Below, piece after piece: positions 55,587-64,000 of a stretch of DNA of 64,000 bases. Source of the stretch: Vicinamibacterales bacterium (lineage in GTDB: Bacteria; Acidobacteriota; Vicinamibacteria; Vicinamibacterales; UBA2999); assembly GCA_040081265.1 (NCBI GenBank), contig JBEBGV010000001.1, positions 200,559 to 264,558 on the forward strand, given 5' to 3'. The position numbers and the translations under genes are program-made. Under the pieces are notes generated by a model that ran no database searches, was not told where the DNA came from, and worked only from the letters and a program-made list of their open reading frames with translations. Position 1 is the first letter of the stretch. Each line of letters begins with the position of its first letter.

Positions 55587-55784
55587 TTACTCCGTTTCGC
55601 GCCGGAGCTTCTTGCGGTTACGCTTTCGCGCCAGAGCCTGCTTGGCTCGGCGTTTATCACCTGGCTTCAAATAGAAGGAGTGCTTCTTGATGTCCTTGAT
55701 GATGTCTTCCTGCTGCACCTTCCGCTTGAACCGACGAAGAGCGCTCTCGATTGACTCGCCCTCTTGAATCTTGACTTCAGCCAC
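55587..55784 (-). CDS. rpsU: 30S ribosomal protein S21
   Basis: 65 aa with a GTG start. SIESALRRFKRKVQQEDIIKDIKKHSFYLKPGDKRR. Confidence 0.93.
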   Translation of the reverse strand: MAEVKIQEGESIESALRRFKRKVQQEDIIKDIKKHSFYLKPGDKRRAKQALARKRNRKKLRRETE

Positions 55785-55827
55785 GCCCGAACACCCCCTC
55801 TATTGGCTTGGTGGCCACGGCCCTTAG

Positions 55828-55867
55828 ACAGGGCACCCGTGTATCTAGGCCCTTAGAAGGGCCCTGT
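55828..55867 (-). promoter_or_regulatory. Structured element in the rpsU 5' leader
   Basis: On the + strand, ACAGGGC (55828-34) pairs with GCCCTGT (55861-67) and encloses GGCCCTT-AG-AAGGGCC. GGCCCTTAGA occurs twice (55819-55828 and 55849-55858). Confidence 0.35.
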
Positions 55868-55874
55868 GTAGTCT

Positions 55875-55901
55875 TTTACAAAGTGCTGAACATGTTAGAC
55901 T
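55875..55901 (+). promoter_or_regulatory. Candidate purD promoter: TTTACA-15 nt-TGtTAGACT (extended -10)
   Basis: Read directly from the sequence. The spacer is short, and it sits back-to-back with the rpsU promoter. Confidence 0.3.
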
Positions 55902-55918
55902 ACCACAGGCAGGCGCGG

Positions 55919-55947
55919 ATTCTAGGCGCAACAGGCCCCCACGTCAA
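55919..55947 (-). promoter_or_regulatory. Sigma-70-like promoter TTGACG-17 nt-TAGAAT for rpsU
   Basis: The minus strand reads tttgaTTGACGtgggggcctgttgcgccTAGAATccg. It predicts a leader of about 128 nt. Confidence 0.5.
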
Positions 55948-55970
55948 TCAAATACTCGGGCTCCCACCCC

Positions 55971-57263
55971 ATGAAGATTCTGGTCGTCGGCGGCGGCGGC
56001 CGCGAGCATGCCCTGGTCTGGGCACTGACTCGCGAACGCGACGTCACCGTTCTCTGTACTCCGGGTAATCCCGGCATCGCCGCCCTCGCTCCCTGCGCAT
56101 CTGTCCCGGTCACCGACCCGGATGCTCTCGCTTCCCTGGCCGAGCGCGAAGCAGTGGACCTCACCGTGATCGGCCCGGAACTGCCGCTGAGTCTAGGAGT
56201 TGCGGACACGTTCACCGAACGCGGGCTGAGGGTGTTCGGGCCAACGCGCGCGGCCGCCGCACTCGAGTGGAGTAAGGCGTTTGCCAAGGACTTCATGGCG
56301 AGACATCGGGTCCCGACCGCCGGATTCAGAATCTGCCACTCGGCCGGCGAGGCGCTTGCCGTGCTTTCGTCAGGCGAACTGGGTTACCCCATCGTCCTGA
56401 AGGCCGACGGCCTCGCTGCCGGCAAGGGCGTGGTGATCGCTGAGACCCGTGCGATCGCCGACCAGGCAGTCCACGACCTGATGGTTGCCCGCCGCTTCGG
56501 GGAGTCAGGCGACACCCTGGTGCTCGAGGAGTTTCTCGTTGGCGACGAAGCCTCGTACTTCGTCGTCGCCGACGGTGCCGACTTCGTTCGCCTGTCCTCG
56601 GCGCAGGACCACAAGCGAATCTTTGACGGCGACAGAGGCCCCAATACCGGTGGCATGGGTGCGTTTGCGCCGAGCCCTCTCCTGACATCTCAAATGGAGC
56701 AGCGGGTCGTCGACGAGATTGTCGTCCCTGTCCTCCAGGGAATGGTCGACGAAGGCCGCCCGTTCCGCGGCTTTCTCTACGTTGGCCTGATGATGACCTC
56801 ACATGGCCCGAAGGTCGTCGAGTTCAACGTTCGGTTCGGCGACCCCGAAGCGCAGGTCATCCTGCCGATGCTCGCCGAGCCGCTGTCGACGCTGCTGCTG
56901 GATGCCACATCTGGCCAGCTGTCATCGCGAGCCGCACGCTTCTCGACGGACAAGTTCGTCGGTGTGGTGCTCGCCTCCGGGGGTTATCCCGACTCAGCCG
57001 ACAACGGGAAGGTGATTACCGGGCTGGCCAACGCCGCGGCCGTGCCAGACGCGCTCGTGTTTCACGCCGGTACAGCTGAAAGCGATAGCCATGTCGTGAC
57101 GCACGGCGGCCGGGTCCTCACCGTTGTTGGTCGTGGCACGACCTACGAGCAGGCGATCGAGGTGGCGTACCGTGCCGCAGGCCGGATCCGCTTCGAGCAC
57201 ATGCAGCTCCGCACTGACATCGGACGCAAGGCGCTGACCGCAGTCTCTCAGTCCCCGGTTTAG
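55971..57263 (+). CDS. purD: Phosphoribosylamine--glycine ligase
   Basis: MKILVVGGGGREHALVWAL and an ATP-grasp core, 430 aa. Confidence 0.95.
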   Translation: MKILVVGGGGREHALVWALTRERDVTVLCTPGNPGIAALAPCASVPVTDPDALASLAEREAVDLTVIGPELPLSLGVADTFTERGLRVFGPTRAAAALEWSKAFAKDFMARHRVPTAGFRICHSAGEALAVLSSGELGYPIVLKADGLAAGKGVVIAETRAIADQAVHDLMVARRFGESGDTLVLEEFLVGDEASYFVVADGADFVRLSSAQDHKRIFDGDRGPNTGGMGAFAPSPLLTSQMEQRVVDEIVVPVLQGMVDEGRPFRGFLYVGLMMTSHGPKVVEFNVRFGDPEAQVILPMLAEPLSTLLLDATSGQLSSRAARFSTDKFVGVVLASGGYPDSADNGKVITGLANAAAVPDALVFHAGTAESDSHVVTHGGRVLTVVGRGTTYEQAIEVAYRAAGRIRFEHMQLRTDIGRKALTAVSQSPV

Positions 57264-57270
57264 ACGCGCA

Positions 57271-58536
57271 ATGAAGTACAGCGTCGTGACGTTCGGCTGC
57301 CGTGTGAATCAGGCGGACTCGCTCGTGATCGAGGAGACGCTGCGCAGCCGTGGAGGGCAGGCGGTGTCGCCCGCCGATGCCGACCTGGTGATCGTGAACT
57401 CCTGTTCTGTGACCGCAACAGCTGATCAGGGGACGCGACAGACCATCAGGCGCATCGCCCGTCAGAATCCAGCTGCGCGAGTGGTCGTCACGGGGTGCTA
57501 CGCGACTCGTCGTTCCCATGAGGTCGCCGCGCTTCCTGGTGTGATTCGCGTGGTCACCAACGGCGAGAAGGACGCCTGGAGCGCCATTCTCGACGAGTGT
57601 CCCCCGGTTGACCCCGCGCGTTTCGGCGACGGAGAAGGGCCGTGCGGTTCGTCGCTGCAACCTGGTGTGGCCGGCCGAACGGCGCTCACACTACGGGTGC
57701 AGACGGGATGCAGCGAGCCCTGCAGTTACTGCATCATTCCGACCACGCGCGGGCGTGGGCGTTCCAAGCCGTTTTCCACCGTCGTTCGGGATATCGACCG
57801 GGCACTCGACGCCGGCTACAGAGAGATCGCCATCACCGGAGTTCATCTTGGTTCGTACGGCCGCGACCTGGGCAACGGCGATTCTTTGACGTCCCTGGTT
57901 GAGCACCTCGCGAGTCGGCGCGAGGACGTACTTTTTCGCATCAGTTCACTCGAACCGATGGACTGCACGCCTGAGATCGTTGCCGCTGTAGCCGGGTCGC
58001 GGCGTCTTGCGCCGCACTTCCACCTGCCACTCCAGCACGGCAGCGACGAAGTGCTTCGGGCCATGCGACGTCCCTACACGGCTGCAACGTTCGAGCGCCT
58101 CGTGCACAGCATTCACGATGTGTTGCCGTGGGCGGCGATCGGGTCTGACCTGATCGTTGGCTTTCCAGGGGAGAGCGAGCAGGATGCGCTGGCGACCGAG
58201 CGGGTAGTCTCGGGGTTGCCGCTCTCTCACCTGCACGTGTTCCCGTACTCCGACCGTCCGGGTACGACCGCGTCACGTCTGTCCGGCAAGATCGACGGCA
58301 TGGCCGTGCGCGCGCGCGGACAGCGACTGCGAGCGATCGGTGCGCGGCTGTCCCGCTGCTTCCGGCAGTCGCAGGAAGGCTCGTGTCGGCGTGCGCTGGT
58401 GGTCGACGATGGCCGTTCGGCCGTGACCGACAACTATCTCAAGGTGCCGTTGCCAGAGCCACACCCGCGGAACACGTGGGTCGAGGTGACCATTCCACCG
58501 GCAACCGGCGACGGGCAACCAGCAACTAGTTTCTGA
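57271..58536 (+). CDS. mtaB: Radical-SAM methylthiotransferase, MiaB/MtaB family (MtaB-like)
   Basis: N-terminal VTFGCRVNQADS, radical SAM CSEPCSYCIIP, and a C-terminal TRAM-like region. Subfamily assignment rests on size and architecture only. Confidence 0.75.
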   Translation: MKYSVVTFGCRVNQADSLVIEETLRSRGGQAVSPADADLVIVNSCSVTATADQGTRQTIRRIARQNPAARVVVTGCYATRRSHEVAALPGVIRVVTNGEKDAWSAILDECPPVDPARFGDGEGPCGSSLQPGVAGRTALTLRVQTGCSEPCSYCIIPTTRGRGRSKPFSTVVRDIDRALDAGYREIAITGVHLGSYGRDLGNGDSLTSLVEHLASRREDVLFRISSLEPMDCTPEIVAAVAGSRRLAPHFHLPLQHGSDEVLRAMRRPYTAATFERLVHSIHDVLPWAAIGSDLIVGFPGESEQDALATERVVSGLPLSHLHVFPYSDRPGTTASRLSGKIDGMAVRARGQRLRAIGARLSRCFRQSQEGSCRRALVVDDGRSAVTDNYLKVPLPEPHPRNTWVEVTIPPATGDGQPATSF

Positions 58537-59617
58537 TCAGCAACGCCATCTGCTGCGCGGCGGACCTGGCGGTGCCGCCTTCGACGATCAACTGGCCGCA
58601 GGCAGCGCGGATGTCCCGTCCCCTGCTCTTCCTCACCGACACCGTCAGGTGATGATCGGCAAGGATCTGCGCGAAGCGGTCGACTCGTTCGTCACTCGGG
58701 CGCTCGAACGGAATACCCGGTGCCGGATTGAGGGGGATCAGGTTGACTTTGGCCTTGATGTCGCCGAGCAGCTTCACGAGGCGGCGTGCATCCTCAGGTG
58801 TGTCGTTGACACCAGCGAGCATGACGTACTCGAAGGTGATCCGGCTGCGGTTCTTCAGCGGAAAGCGACGGCACGCCTCGAGGATGGCGGAGAGCGGATA
58901 CTTGCGGTTGGGCGGGACGAGCGCCGTTCGCTGCTCTTCGGTTGTGGCGTGCAGCGAAATGGCCAGGTTTGGCATCAGAGGCTCGTTGGCAAGCCGCTCG
59001 AGTCCCGGGACGATACCCACTGTTGACAAGGTGATGCGGCGTGGCGAGATGTGCAGGCCGTGCTCGTCGTGCAGCATCCGCAGCGCTTTCATGGTGGCGT
59101 CGTAGTTGTGCAACGGTTCGCCCATCCCCATCAGTACGATGTTGAAGGACGTGGTGAGCAGGCCCGTAGCCGCGGCGAGTACCCGGACCTGCCCTGCAAT
59201 CTCACCTGCTGTCAGGTGGCGCACCAGGCCCATCTTGCCAGTGAGGCAAAAAGCGCACGCCATGGCGCAACCCACCTGGGTCGAGACACAGAACGTCATG
59301 GCCGGCGTGTCGGGGATGAAGACCGATTCGATGCGCTTCCCGTCGGCCAGTTCGAGGACCAGCTTTCGCGTTCCGTCGGTGGAGACTTCGTCGTTGACGA
59401 CGCGCGGCGTGGAAACCTGGAAGTTTGCTTCCAGCACAGCTCGCAGCGCCTTCGACAGGTCGGTCATGGCGGAGAAGTCCGTCACGGCACGGCGGTGCAC
59501 CCACCGGAAGAGCTGGCGGGCGTGGAAACGTTCGAAGCCGTGGGCCTCGAGCGCAGCCTCGAGCTCGCTGCGTTCCAGTTCGGCGATGTTGAGCAGGGCT
59601 GACATGACCATCCGCAT
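58526..59617 (-). CDS. rlmN: 23S rRNA/tRNA (adenine-C2)-methyltransferase RlmN
   Basis: FHARQLFRWV, radical SAM GCAMACAFCLTG, and a C-terminal CGQL. It overlaps mtaB convergently by 11 nt. Confidence 0.9.
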   Translation of the reverse strand: MRMVMSALLNIAELERSELEAALEAHGFERFHARQLFRWVHRRAVTDFSAMTDLSKALRAVLEANFQVSTPRVVNDEVSTDGTRKLVLELADGKRIESVFIPDTPAMTFCVSTQVGCAMACAFCLTGKMGLVRHLTAGEIAGQVRVLAAATGLLTTSFNIVLMGMGEPLHNYDATMKALRMLHDEHGLHISPRRITLSTVGIVPGLERLANEPLMPNLAISLHATTEEQRTALVPPNRKYPLSAILEACRRFPLKNRSRITFEYVMLAGVNDTPEDARRLVKLLGDIKAKVNLIPLNPAPGIPFERPSDERVDRFAQILADHHLTVSVRKSRGRDIRAACGQLIVEGGTARSAAQQMALLIRN

Positions 59618-59704
59618 TCTCTGCCCAAAGGGGTTTTGATTGCGACTGTGCCGGCAGGCATGCTATGATCGGCGCGTTCTTCTAATCACCTGTCTGTCAA
59701 CGAG

Positions 59705-61033
59705 TTGCAGCAGTTTTGGTGCTCGTTTCCGGACCCGACCTCGTTGCCCCAAGCGCATTCCGTGTCTGATGTAGCGATTGTTCGCGACGTCCTCCCGAGT
59801 GGTCTCCGTGTCCTCACGGAGCGGATGCCTCATGTCCGCTCGGTGAGCATCGGCGTCTGGCTGAAGCGCGGCTCCCGTCACGAGTCCGCCGAACGAAGCG
59901 GAATCGCCCACTTCGTCGAGCACATGCTCTTCAAAGGCACCGCATCTCGATCGGCCGAAGACATCGCGCAGACGATGGATTCGATCGGCGGGCAGATGGA
60001 CGCCTTTACCGCCAAGGAATACGCCAGCTATTACCTCAAGGTGCTCGACGAGCACGTGCCGCTTGCCATCGATGTCCTGTCCGACATCGTCATGAACCCG
60101 GCGTTTCGGGATGACGACATCGCGCGGGAAAAGAAGGTCGTGCTCGAAGAAATCAAGATGGTCGAGGACACCCCCGACGATCTGGTGCACGAACTCTTCA
60201 CTGAGAACTTCTGGGCGAATCACCCCCTGGGGCGGCCGATTCTGGGGGTGCCGGAGACGGTCGAGGCGCTCGACGCGGGCGCCCTCCGACAGTATTTCGA
60301 GAACGTCTACACCGCGCCGAACCTGATTGTGGCCGCCACGGGCAACATTGAACACGGGCACGTTCGTGATCTTGTTGCGCGGGCGTTCGACAAGGTGTCG
60401 AGCCGGAACACGCCGGTCGTAGAGTCAGCCCCGCACGTCATCCCCCGCATCATCATTCGCAGCAAAGAGCTCGAGCAGAGTCACGTGTGCCTGGGCACGA
60501 GTGGCTATCAGCAGGACCACGACGATCGCTACGCGAGCTATGTCCTGAACACGATCCTCGGCGGTTCGATGAGCTCGAGGCTGTTTCAAAACGTGCGGGA
60601 GAAGCGGGGCCTGGCCTATTCGGTGTTCAGTGGCCTGAGCGCCTATCGGGATGCCGGGTCAATGACGGTGTATGCGGGATGCGCCAATGACGCGGTGAGC
60701 GAGCTGATCGATGTCGTCGTGGCCGAGTTGCGGAAGGTGAAGGATGAACCTCTGCCTCAGGCCGAGCTGCAGCGGGCCAAGGATCACCTCAAGGGCAGCC
60801 TGATGCTGAACCTCGAGAGCACGTCCAGCCGCATGTCGCACCTGGCGCGACAGGAAATCTACTTCGAGAAGCAGTTCGGACTCGATGAGACGCTGCAGGG
60901 CGTGGGTGCTGTCACGGGCGAGGATGTCCAGCGCGTGGCGTGCGACCTCTTTGCAGACGGCCGCCTGGCCGCCACCGTCCTTGGTGCCGTGAACGGATTG
61001 ACGATTCCTGCCGAGCGTTTGTCACTGGGATGA
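59705..61033 (+). CDS. M16 family zinc peptidase (insulinase-like)
   Basis: HxxEH motif GIAHFVEHMLFKG. The start is TTG 59705 or, more typically for this family, GTG 59762 (VSDVAIVRDVLPSGLRV). Confidence 0.85.
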   Translation: MQQFWCSFPDPTSLPQAHSVSDVAIVRDVLPSGLRVLTERMPHVRSVSIGVWLKRGSRHESAERSGIAHFVEHMLFKGTASRSAEDIAQTMDSIGGQMDAFTAKEYASYYLKVLDEHVPLAIDVLSDIVMNPAFRDDDIAREKKVVLEEIKMVEDTPDDLVHELFTENFWANHPLGRPILGVPETVEALDAGALRQYFENVYTAPNLIVAATGNIEHGHVRDLVARAFDKVSSRNTPVVESAPHVIPRIIIRSKELEQSHVCLGTSGYQQDHDDRYASYVLNTILGGSMSSRLFQNVREKRGLAYSVFSGLSAYRDAGSMTVYAGCANDAVSELIDVVVAELRKVKDEPLPQAELQRAKDHLKGSLMLNLESTSSRMSHLARQEIYFEKQFGLDETLQGVGAVTGEDVQRVACDLFADGRLAATVLGAVNGLTIPAERLSLG

Positions 61034-62355
61034 TCACCAGATATACCCACCCCGAGATGGGTCGCCTCTGGAGCGACCAGCACAAGTACGAAACGTGGCT
61101 GCAGGTCGAGACGGCTGCTGCCGAAGCGATGGCCAGGGCCGGGATGGTTCCGATGGATGCCGCGCGCGACATCCGGGTGAAGGGCGGATTCGACATCGCG
61201 AGGATCGAAGAGATCGAGCAGGTCACGCAGCACGATGTCATCGCCTTCACGACTGCGGTAGCCGAACACGTCGGGCCGTCGGCTCGCTGGCTGCACTTCG
61301 GGATGACCTCGTCCGACGTGATTGATACCGCGCAGGCGCTCCAGATGCGGGCGTCGTGCGACCTGATCATTGTCAATCTGCAGCGCCTGATGGAGGCGGT
61401 TCGGGTGCGGGCGATGGAACACGAACGCACCCCCATGATCGGGCGGACGCACGGCGTGCACGCCGAGCCGATGACGTTCGGGCTCAAACTCGCGCTCTGG
61501 TACGCCGAGCTGTCCCGGGATCTCGAGCGGATGATGCGGGCGCGACGGGTGATATCGGTCGGCATGTTGTCCGGTGCTGTGGGTACCTTCGCGCACCTGC
61601 CCCCGTCGATTGAGGCGGACGTCTGTCGCACGCTCGGCCTCGAGCCGGCGCCGGTGGCCTCGCAGGTGATCCAGCGCGATCGTCACGCCGAGCTGATGAT
61701 GGCGATTGCGATCACCGGCTCGTCGCTCGAGAAGTTCGCCCTGCAGATTCGAGGTTTGCAGAAGACAGAGATCGGCGAAGTCGAGGAGCCGTTCGCCAAG
61801 GGCCAGAAGGGCTCTTCGGCCATGCCCCACAAGCGCAATCCGATCGTCTGTGAGCAGATCGTCGGGTTGGCCCGCCTGCTGCGGGGAAACGCCCACGCCG
61901 CCCTCGAGAACAACGCGCTCTGGCAGGAGCGTGACATTTCGCACTCCTCTGTTGAACGCGTGATCATTCCCGACAGCTTCATCGCCCTCGACCACATGTT
62001 GCGGCGGTTCACCCGCGTGGTGTCCGGGATGGTGGTGTATCCGGAGCGCATGCGCGAGAACCTCGATCGTTCACGCGGGGTCGTCTTTTCGGGTACCGTG
62101 CTGCTCGAACTGGCCAGCCGAGGCGTCTCGCGCGAACAGGCCTACGAGTGGGTGCAGCGCAACGCGATGCGCGCGTTTCACGAGAAGCGCGACTTCAAAG
62201 ACCTTCTGCTCGCAGACGGCGACGTCATCGGCGTGCTGTCGGCCGCTGACATCGAGCGAGCCTTTGATCTCGACGAGCAGCTCAGGCACATCGCCGAGGT
62301 GTTCGCGCGGGTATTCGCGACCGAGCCGGCGGCTGTCGGCGCCACAAGTTCATAA
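61030..62355 (+). CDS. purB: Adenylosuccinate lyase
   Basis: The ATG overlaps the peptidase TGA (ATGA). MITRYTHPEMGRLWS and the signature GSSAMPHKRNP. Confidence 0.93.
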   Translation: MITRYTHPEMGRLWSDQHKYETWLQVETAAAEAMARAGMVPMDAARDIRVKGGFDIARIEEIEQVTQHDVIAFTTAVAEHVGPSARWLHFGMTSSDVIDTAQALQMRASCDLIIVNLQRLMEAVRVRAMEHERTPMIGRTHGVHAEPMTFGLKLALWYAELSRDLERMMRARRVISVGMLSGAVGTFAHLPPSIEADVCRTLGLEPAPVASQVIQRDRHAELMMAIAITGSSLEKFALQIRGLQKTEIGEVEEPFAKGQKGSSAMPHKRNPIVCEQIVGLARLLRGNAHAALENNALWQERDISHSSVERVIIPDSFIALDHMLRRFTRVVSGMVVYPERMRENLDRSRGVVFSGTVLLELASRGVSREQAYEWVQRNAMRAFHEKRDFKDLLLADGDVIGVLSAADIERAFDLDEQLRHIAEVFARVFATEPAAVGATSS

Positions 62356-62369
62356 AGGGAGTAAGCGCC

Positions 62370-62642
62370 ATGCGCGTCCGTGTCTATGTCACCCTCAAGC
62401 CGTCGGTGTTCGATCCGCAGGGAAAGACGGTGACCGACGCGTTGCATTCACTCGGGTACGGTGCCGTGGGCGACGTGCGTCAAGGCAAGTTTTTCGAGCT
62501 GGAGGTCCAGGCCGCCACAATTGACGAGGCGAAGCAGATAGCCTCGGAGGCGGCCCGAACGGTCCTTGCCAACCCGGTGATCGAAACCTTCCGGATTGAA
62601 GTTGACACCCCGGTTGCGGCCGGGGCCGGAGCCGGGCTGTGA
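62370..62642 (+). CDS. purS: Phosphoribosylformylglycinamidine synthase subunit PurS
   Basis: 90 aa. [17 protein letters not shown]. Confidence 0.9.
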   Translation: MRVRVYVTLKPSVFDPQGKTVTDALHSLGYGAVGDVRQGKFFELEVQAATIDEAKQIASEAARTVLANPVIETFRIEVDTPVAAGAGAGL

Positions 62643-63349
62643 AGTTCGCCATCGTCGAGTTCCCGGGGTCGAACTGTGACCATGATGCGTATCACGCGGT
62701 AAAGCACGTGCTCGGACACGACGCCGAATTCGTGTGGCACAAGGACACGGGTCTCAGGGGCGCCGACGTAGTGGTACTGCCTGGCGGGTTCTCGTATGGC
62801 GACTACCTGCGGACCGGAGCAATTGCCCGGTTCTCCCCGATCATGCGCGCTGTCTCGGAGTTCGCGGCGGCTGGTGGGCCGGTCATCGGCATTTGCAACG
62901 GCTTCCAGGTGCTGCTCGAGGCTGGTCTGCTGCCCGGCGCTATGCTGCGGAACCGAAGCGTGAAGTTTCAGTGCGAGTTCGTTCACGTTCGCGTTGAGCA
63001 CACTGACACGCCCTTCACCGCGGCCTGCAGTCCAGGCCAGGTCCTGAGGCTTCCGATCGCTCACGGCGAGGGGAACTACTACGCCGAGCCCGACGTGCTC
63101 GAACGACTCGAGCGCCAGCGGCAGGTCATTTTCCGATACGCGACACCCGACGGTGCGGTGACCGACGCCGGGAATCCGAATGGCTCGATCAACAACATCG
63201 CGGGCATCTGCAGCGAGAAGCGAAACGTCCTCGGACTGATGCCCCATCCCGAGCGCGCCTGCGAGGCTGCCCTTGGCGGTGCCGACGGTCTCTATGTGTT
63301 GGAGTCAATTGTGAAGAGCGTGTCCTCGGGCGCGGTGATGGCCGGATGA
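62639..63349 (+). CDS. purQ: Phosphoribosylformylglycinamidine synthase, glutaminase subunit PurQ
   Basis: GTG start overlapping the pur[36 protein letters not shown]. Confidence 0.93.
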   Translation: MKFAIVEFPGSNCDHDAYHAVKHVLGHDAEFVWHKDTGLRGADVVVLPGGFSYGDYLRTGAIARFSPIMRAVSEFAAAGGPVIGICNGFQVLLEAGLLPGAMLRNRSVKFQCEFVHVRVEHTDTPFTAACSPGQVLRLPIAHGEGNYYAEPDVLERLERQRQVIFRYATPDGAVTDAGNPNGSINNIAGICSEKRNVLGLMPHPERACEAALGGADGLYVLESIVKSVSSGAVMAG

Positions 63350-64000
63350 CGACGACCGAATTGATCACCGACAGCGTGCTCGAGCGGCACGGTTTGAAGC
63401 GCGACGAGTACGAGCGCATTCTCGAGATGATGGGCCGCGAACCGACGATGACCGAGCTCGGCATCTTCTCGGTCATGTGGTCCGAGCACTGCAGTTATAA
63501 GAGCTCGCGGGTGCACCTGAAGACCCTTCCGACAACCGGTACGCGGGTGCTTCAAGGCCCGGGCGAGAATGCCGGGGCGGTCGACATCGGCGAGGGTCTC
63601 GCCGCGGTCTTCAAGATCGAATCCCACAACCATCCATCGTTTATCGAGCCCTATCAGGGCGCTGCGACGGGTGTTGGCGGCATCATTCGCGACATCTTCA
63701 CGATGGGCGCTCGTCCCATCGCGCTGCTCAATTCTCTCCGGTTCGGTCCTCCCGAACTGCCGCTGGTGCGGCGCACGCTTTCAGGTGTGGTGGCGGGCAT
63801 TGCCGGCTACGGCAACAGCATTGGCATTCCGACCGTTGGCGGAGAGATCGGGTTCGACGAAAGCTACACGGGCAATCCCCTCGTCAACGTCTTCTGCCTG
63901 GGGATTTCTCGAGCCGACGAGATTATCAAGGGCACTGCCTCCGGTGCGGGCAATCCTGTCTACTACGTTGGCGCCAAGACCGGACGCGACGGCATCCATG
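63346..64000 (+). CDS. purL: Phosphoribosylformylglycinamidine synthase subunit PurL (C-terminus outside window)
   Basis: The ATG overlaps the purQ TGA (ATGA). My own translation gives [54 protein letters not shown]. The frame stays open to the window edge, which is why it is absent from the ORF track. Confidence 0.9.
   Translation, partial: MTTTELITDSVLERHGLKRDEYERILEMMGREPTMTELGIFSVMWSEHCSYKSSRVHLKTLPTTGTRVLQGPGENAGAVDIGEGLAAVFKIESHNHPSFIEPYQGAATGVGGIIRDIFTMGARPIALLNSLRFGPPELPLVRRTLSGVVAGIAGYGNSIGIPTVGGEIGFDESYTGNPLVNVFCLGISRADEIIKGTASGAGNPVYYVGAKTGRDGIH

Noticed and set aside
60859-63247. 378-aa and 255-aa minus-strand ORFs (60859..61995 and 62480..63247)
   Set aside because: They are antisense to purB and purS/purQ, which carry signature motifs, so these are shadow ORFs.

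Overview
The window is a visibly GC-rich bacterial chromosomal segment with G/C-dominated third codon positions. It is densely packed with about 55 protein genes. I saw no rRNA, tRNA, CRISPR array, transposase or integrase. All family assignments were made by eye from motifs in the supplied translations, and no database search was run. Several gene families (VWFA-related secreted protein, CarboxypepD_reg outer-membrane barrel, sigma-54 circuitry, secreted CotH) suggest an Acidobacteriota-like organism, but that is inference only.

Most of the window is housekeeping: malQ, glnS, rmuC, serC, pcnB, polA, ino1, acs, gpmA-eno, glgC, rpsU, purD, mtaB, rlmN and purB-purS-purQ-purL. Many gene pairs are translationally coupled through ATGA, GTGA or TTGA overlaps.

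Five regions deserve follow-up:
- 20000-23955: a cytochrome P450 whose stop overlaps the start of a stand-alone A-T-TE NRPS module. This looks like a minimal carrier-tethered amino-acid tailoring cassette sitting among housekeeping genes.
- 44287-48884: a histidine kinase with an apparently periplasmic PDZ input domain, paired with a sigma-54 enhancer-binding response regulator. It is preceded by palindromes, an AT-rich IHF-like island and a good -24/-12 match.
- 48886-55164: the convergent neighbouring operon, ordered STAS, UbiA-type polyprenyl-phosphate phosphoribosyltransferase, DUF362, a disordered coiled-coil protein, then two GT4 genes. It also has a -24/-12-like element upstream.
- 29936-35419: a phosphate-themed envelope cluster with an NPP lipoprotein divergent from a porin, a secreted CotH kinase and a large polytopic membrane protein.
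- 37088-37552: a perfect TTGACA-17-TACAAT promoter driving a structured leader of about 127 nt and a 100-aa orphan ORF.

The many long ORFs antisense to recognisable genes are treated as GC-driven shadow ORFs. Start codons are often uncertain.
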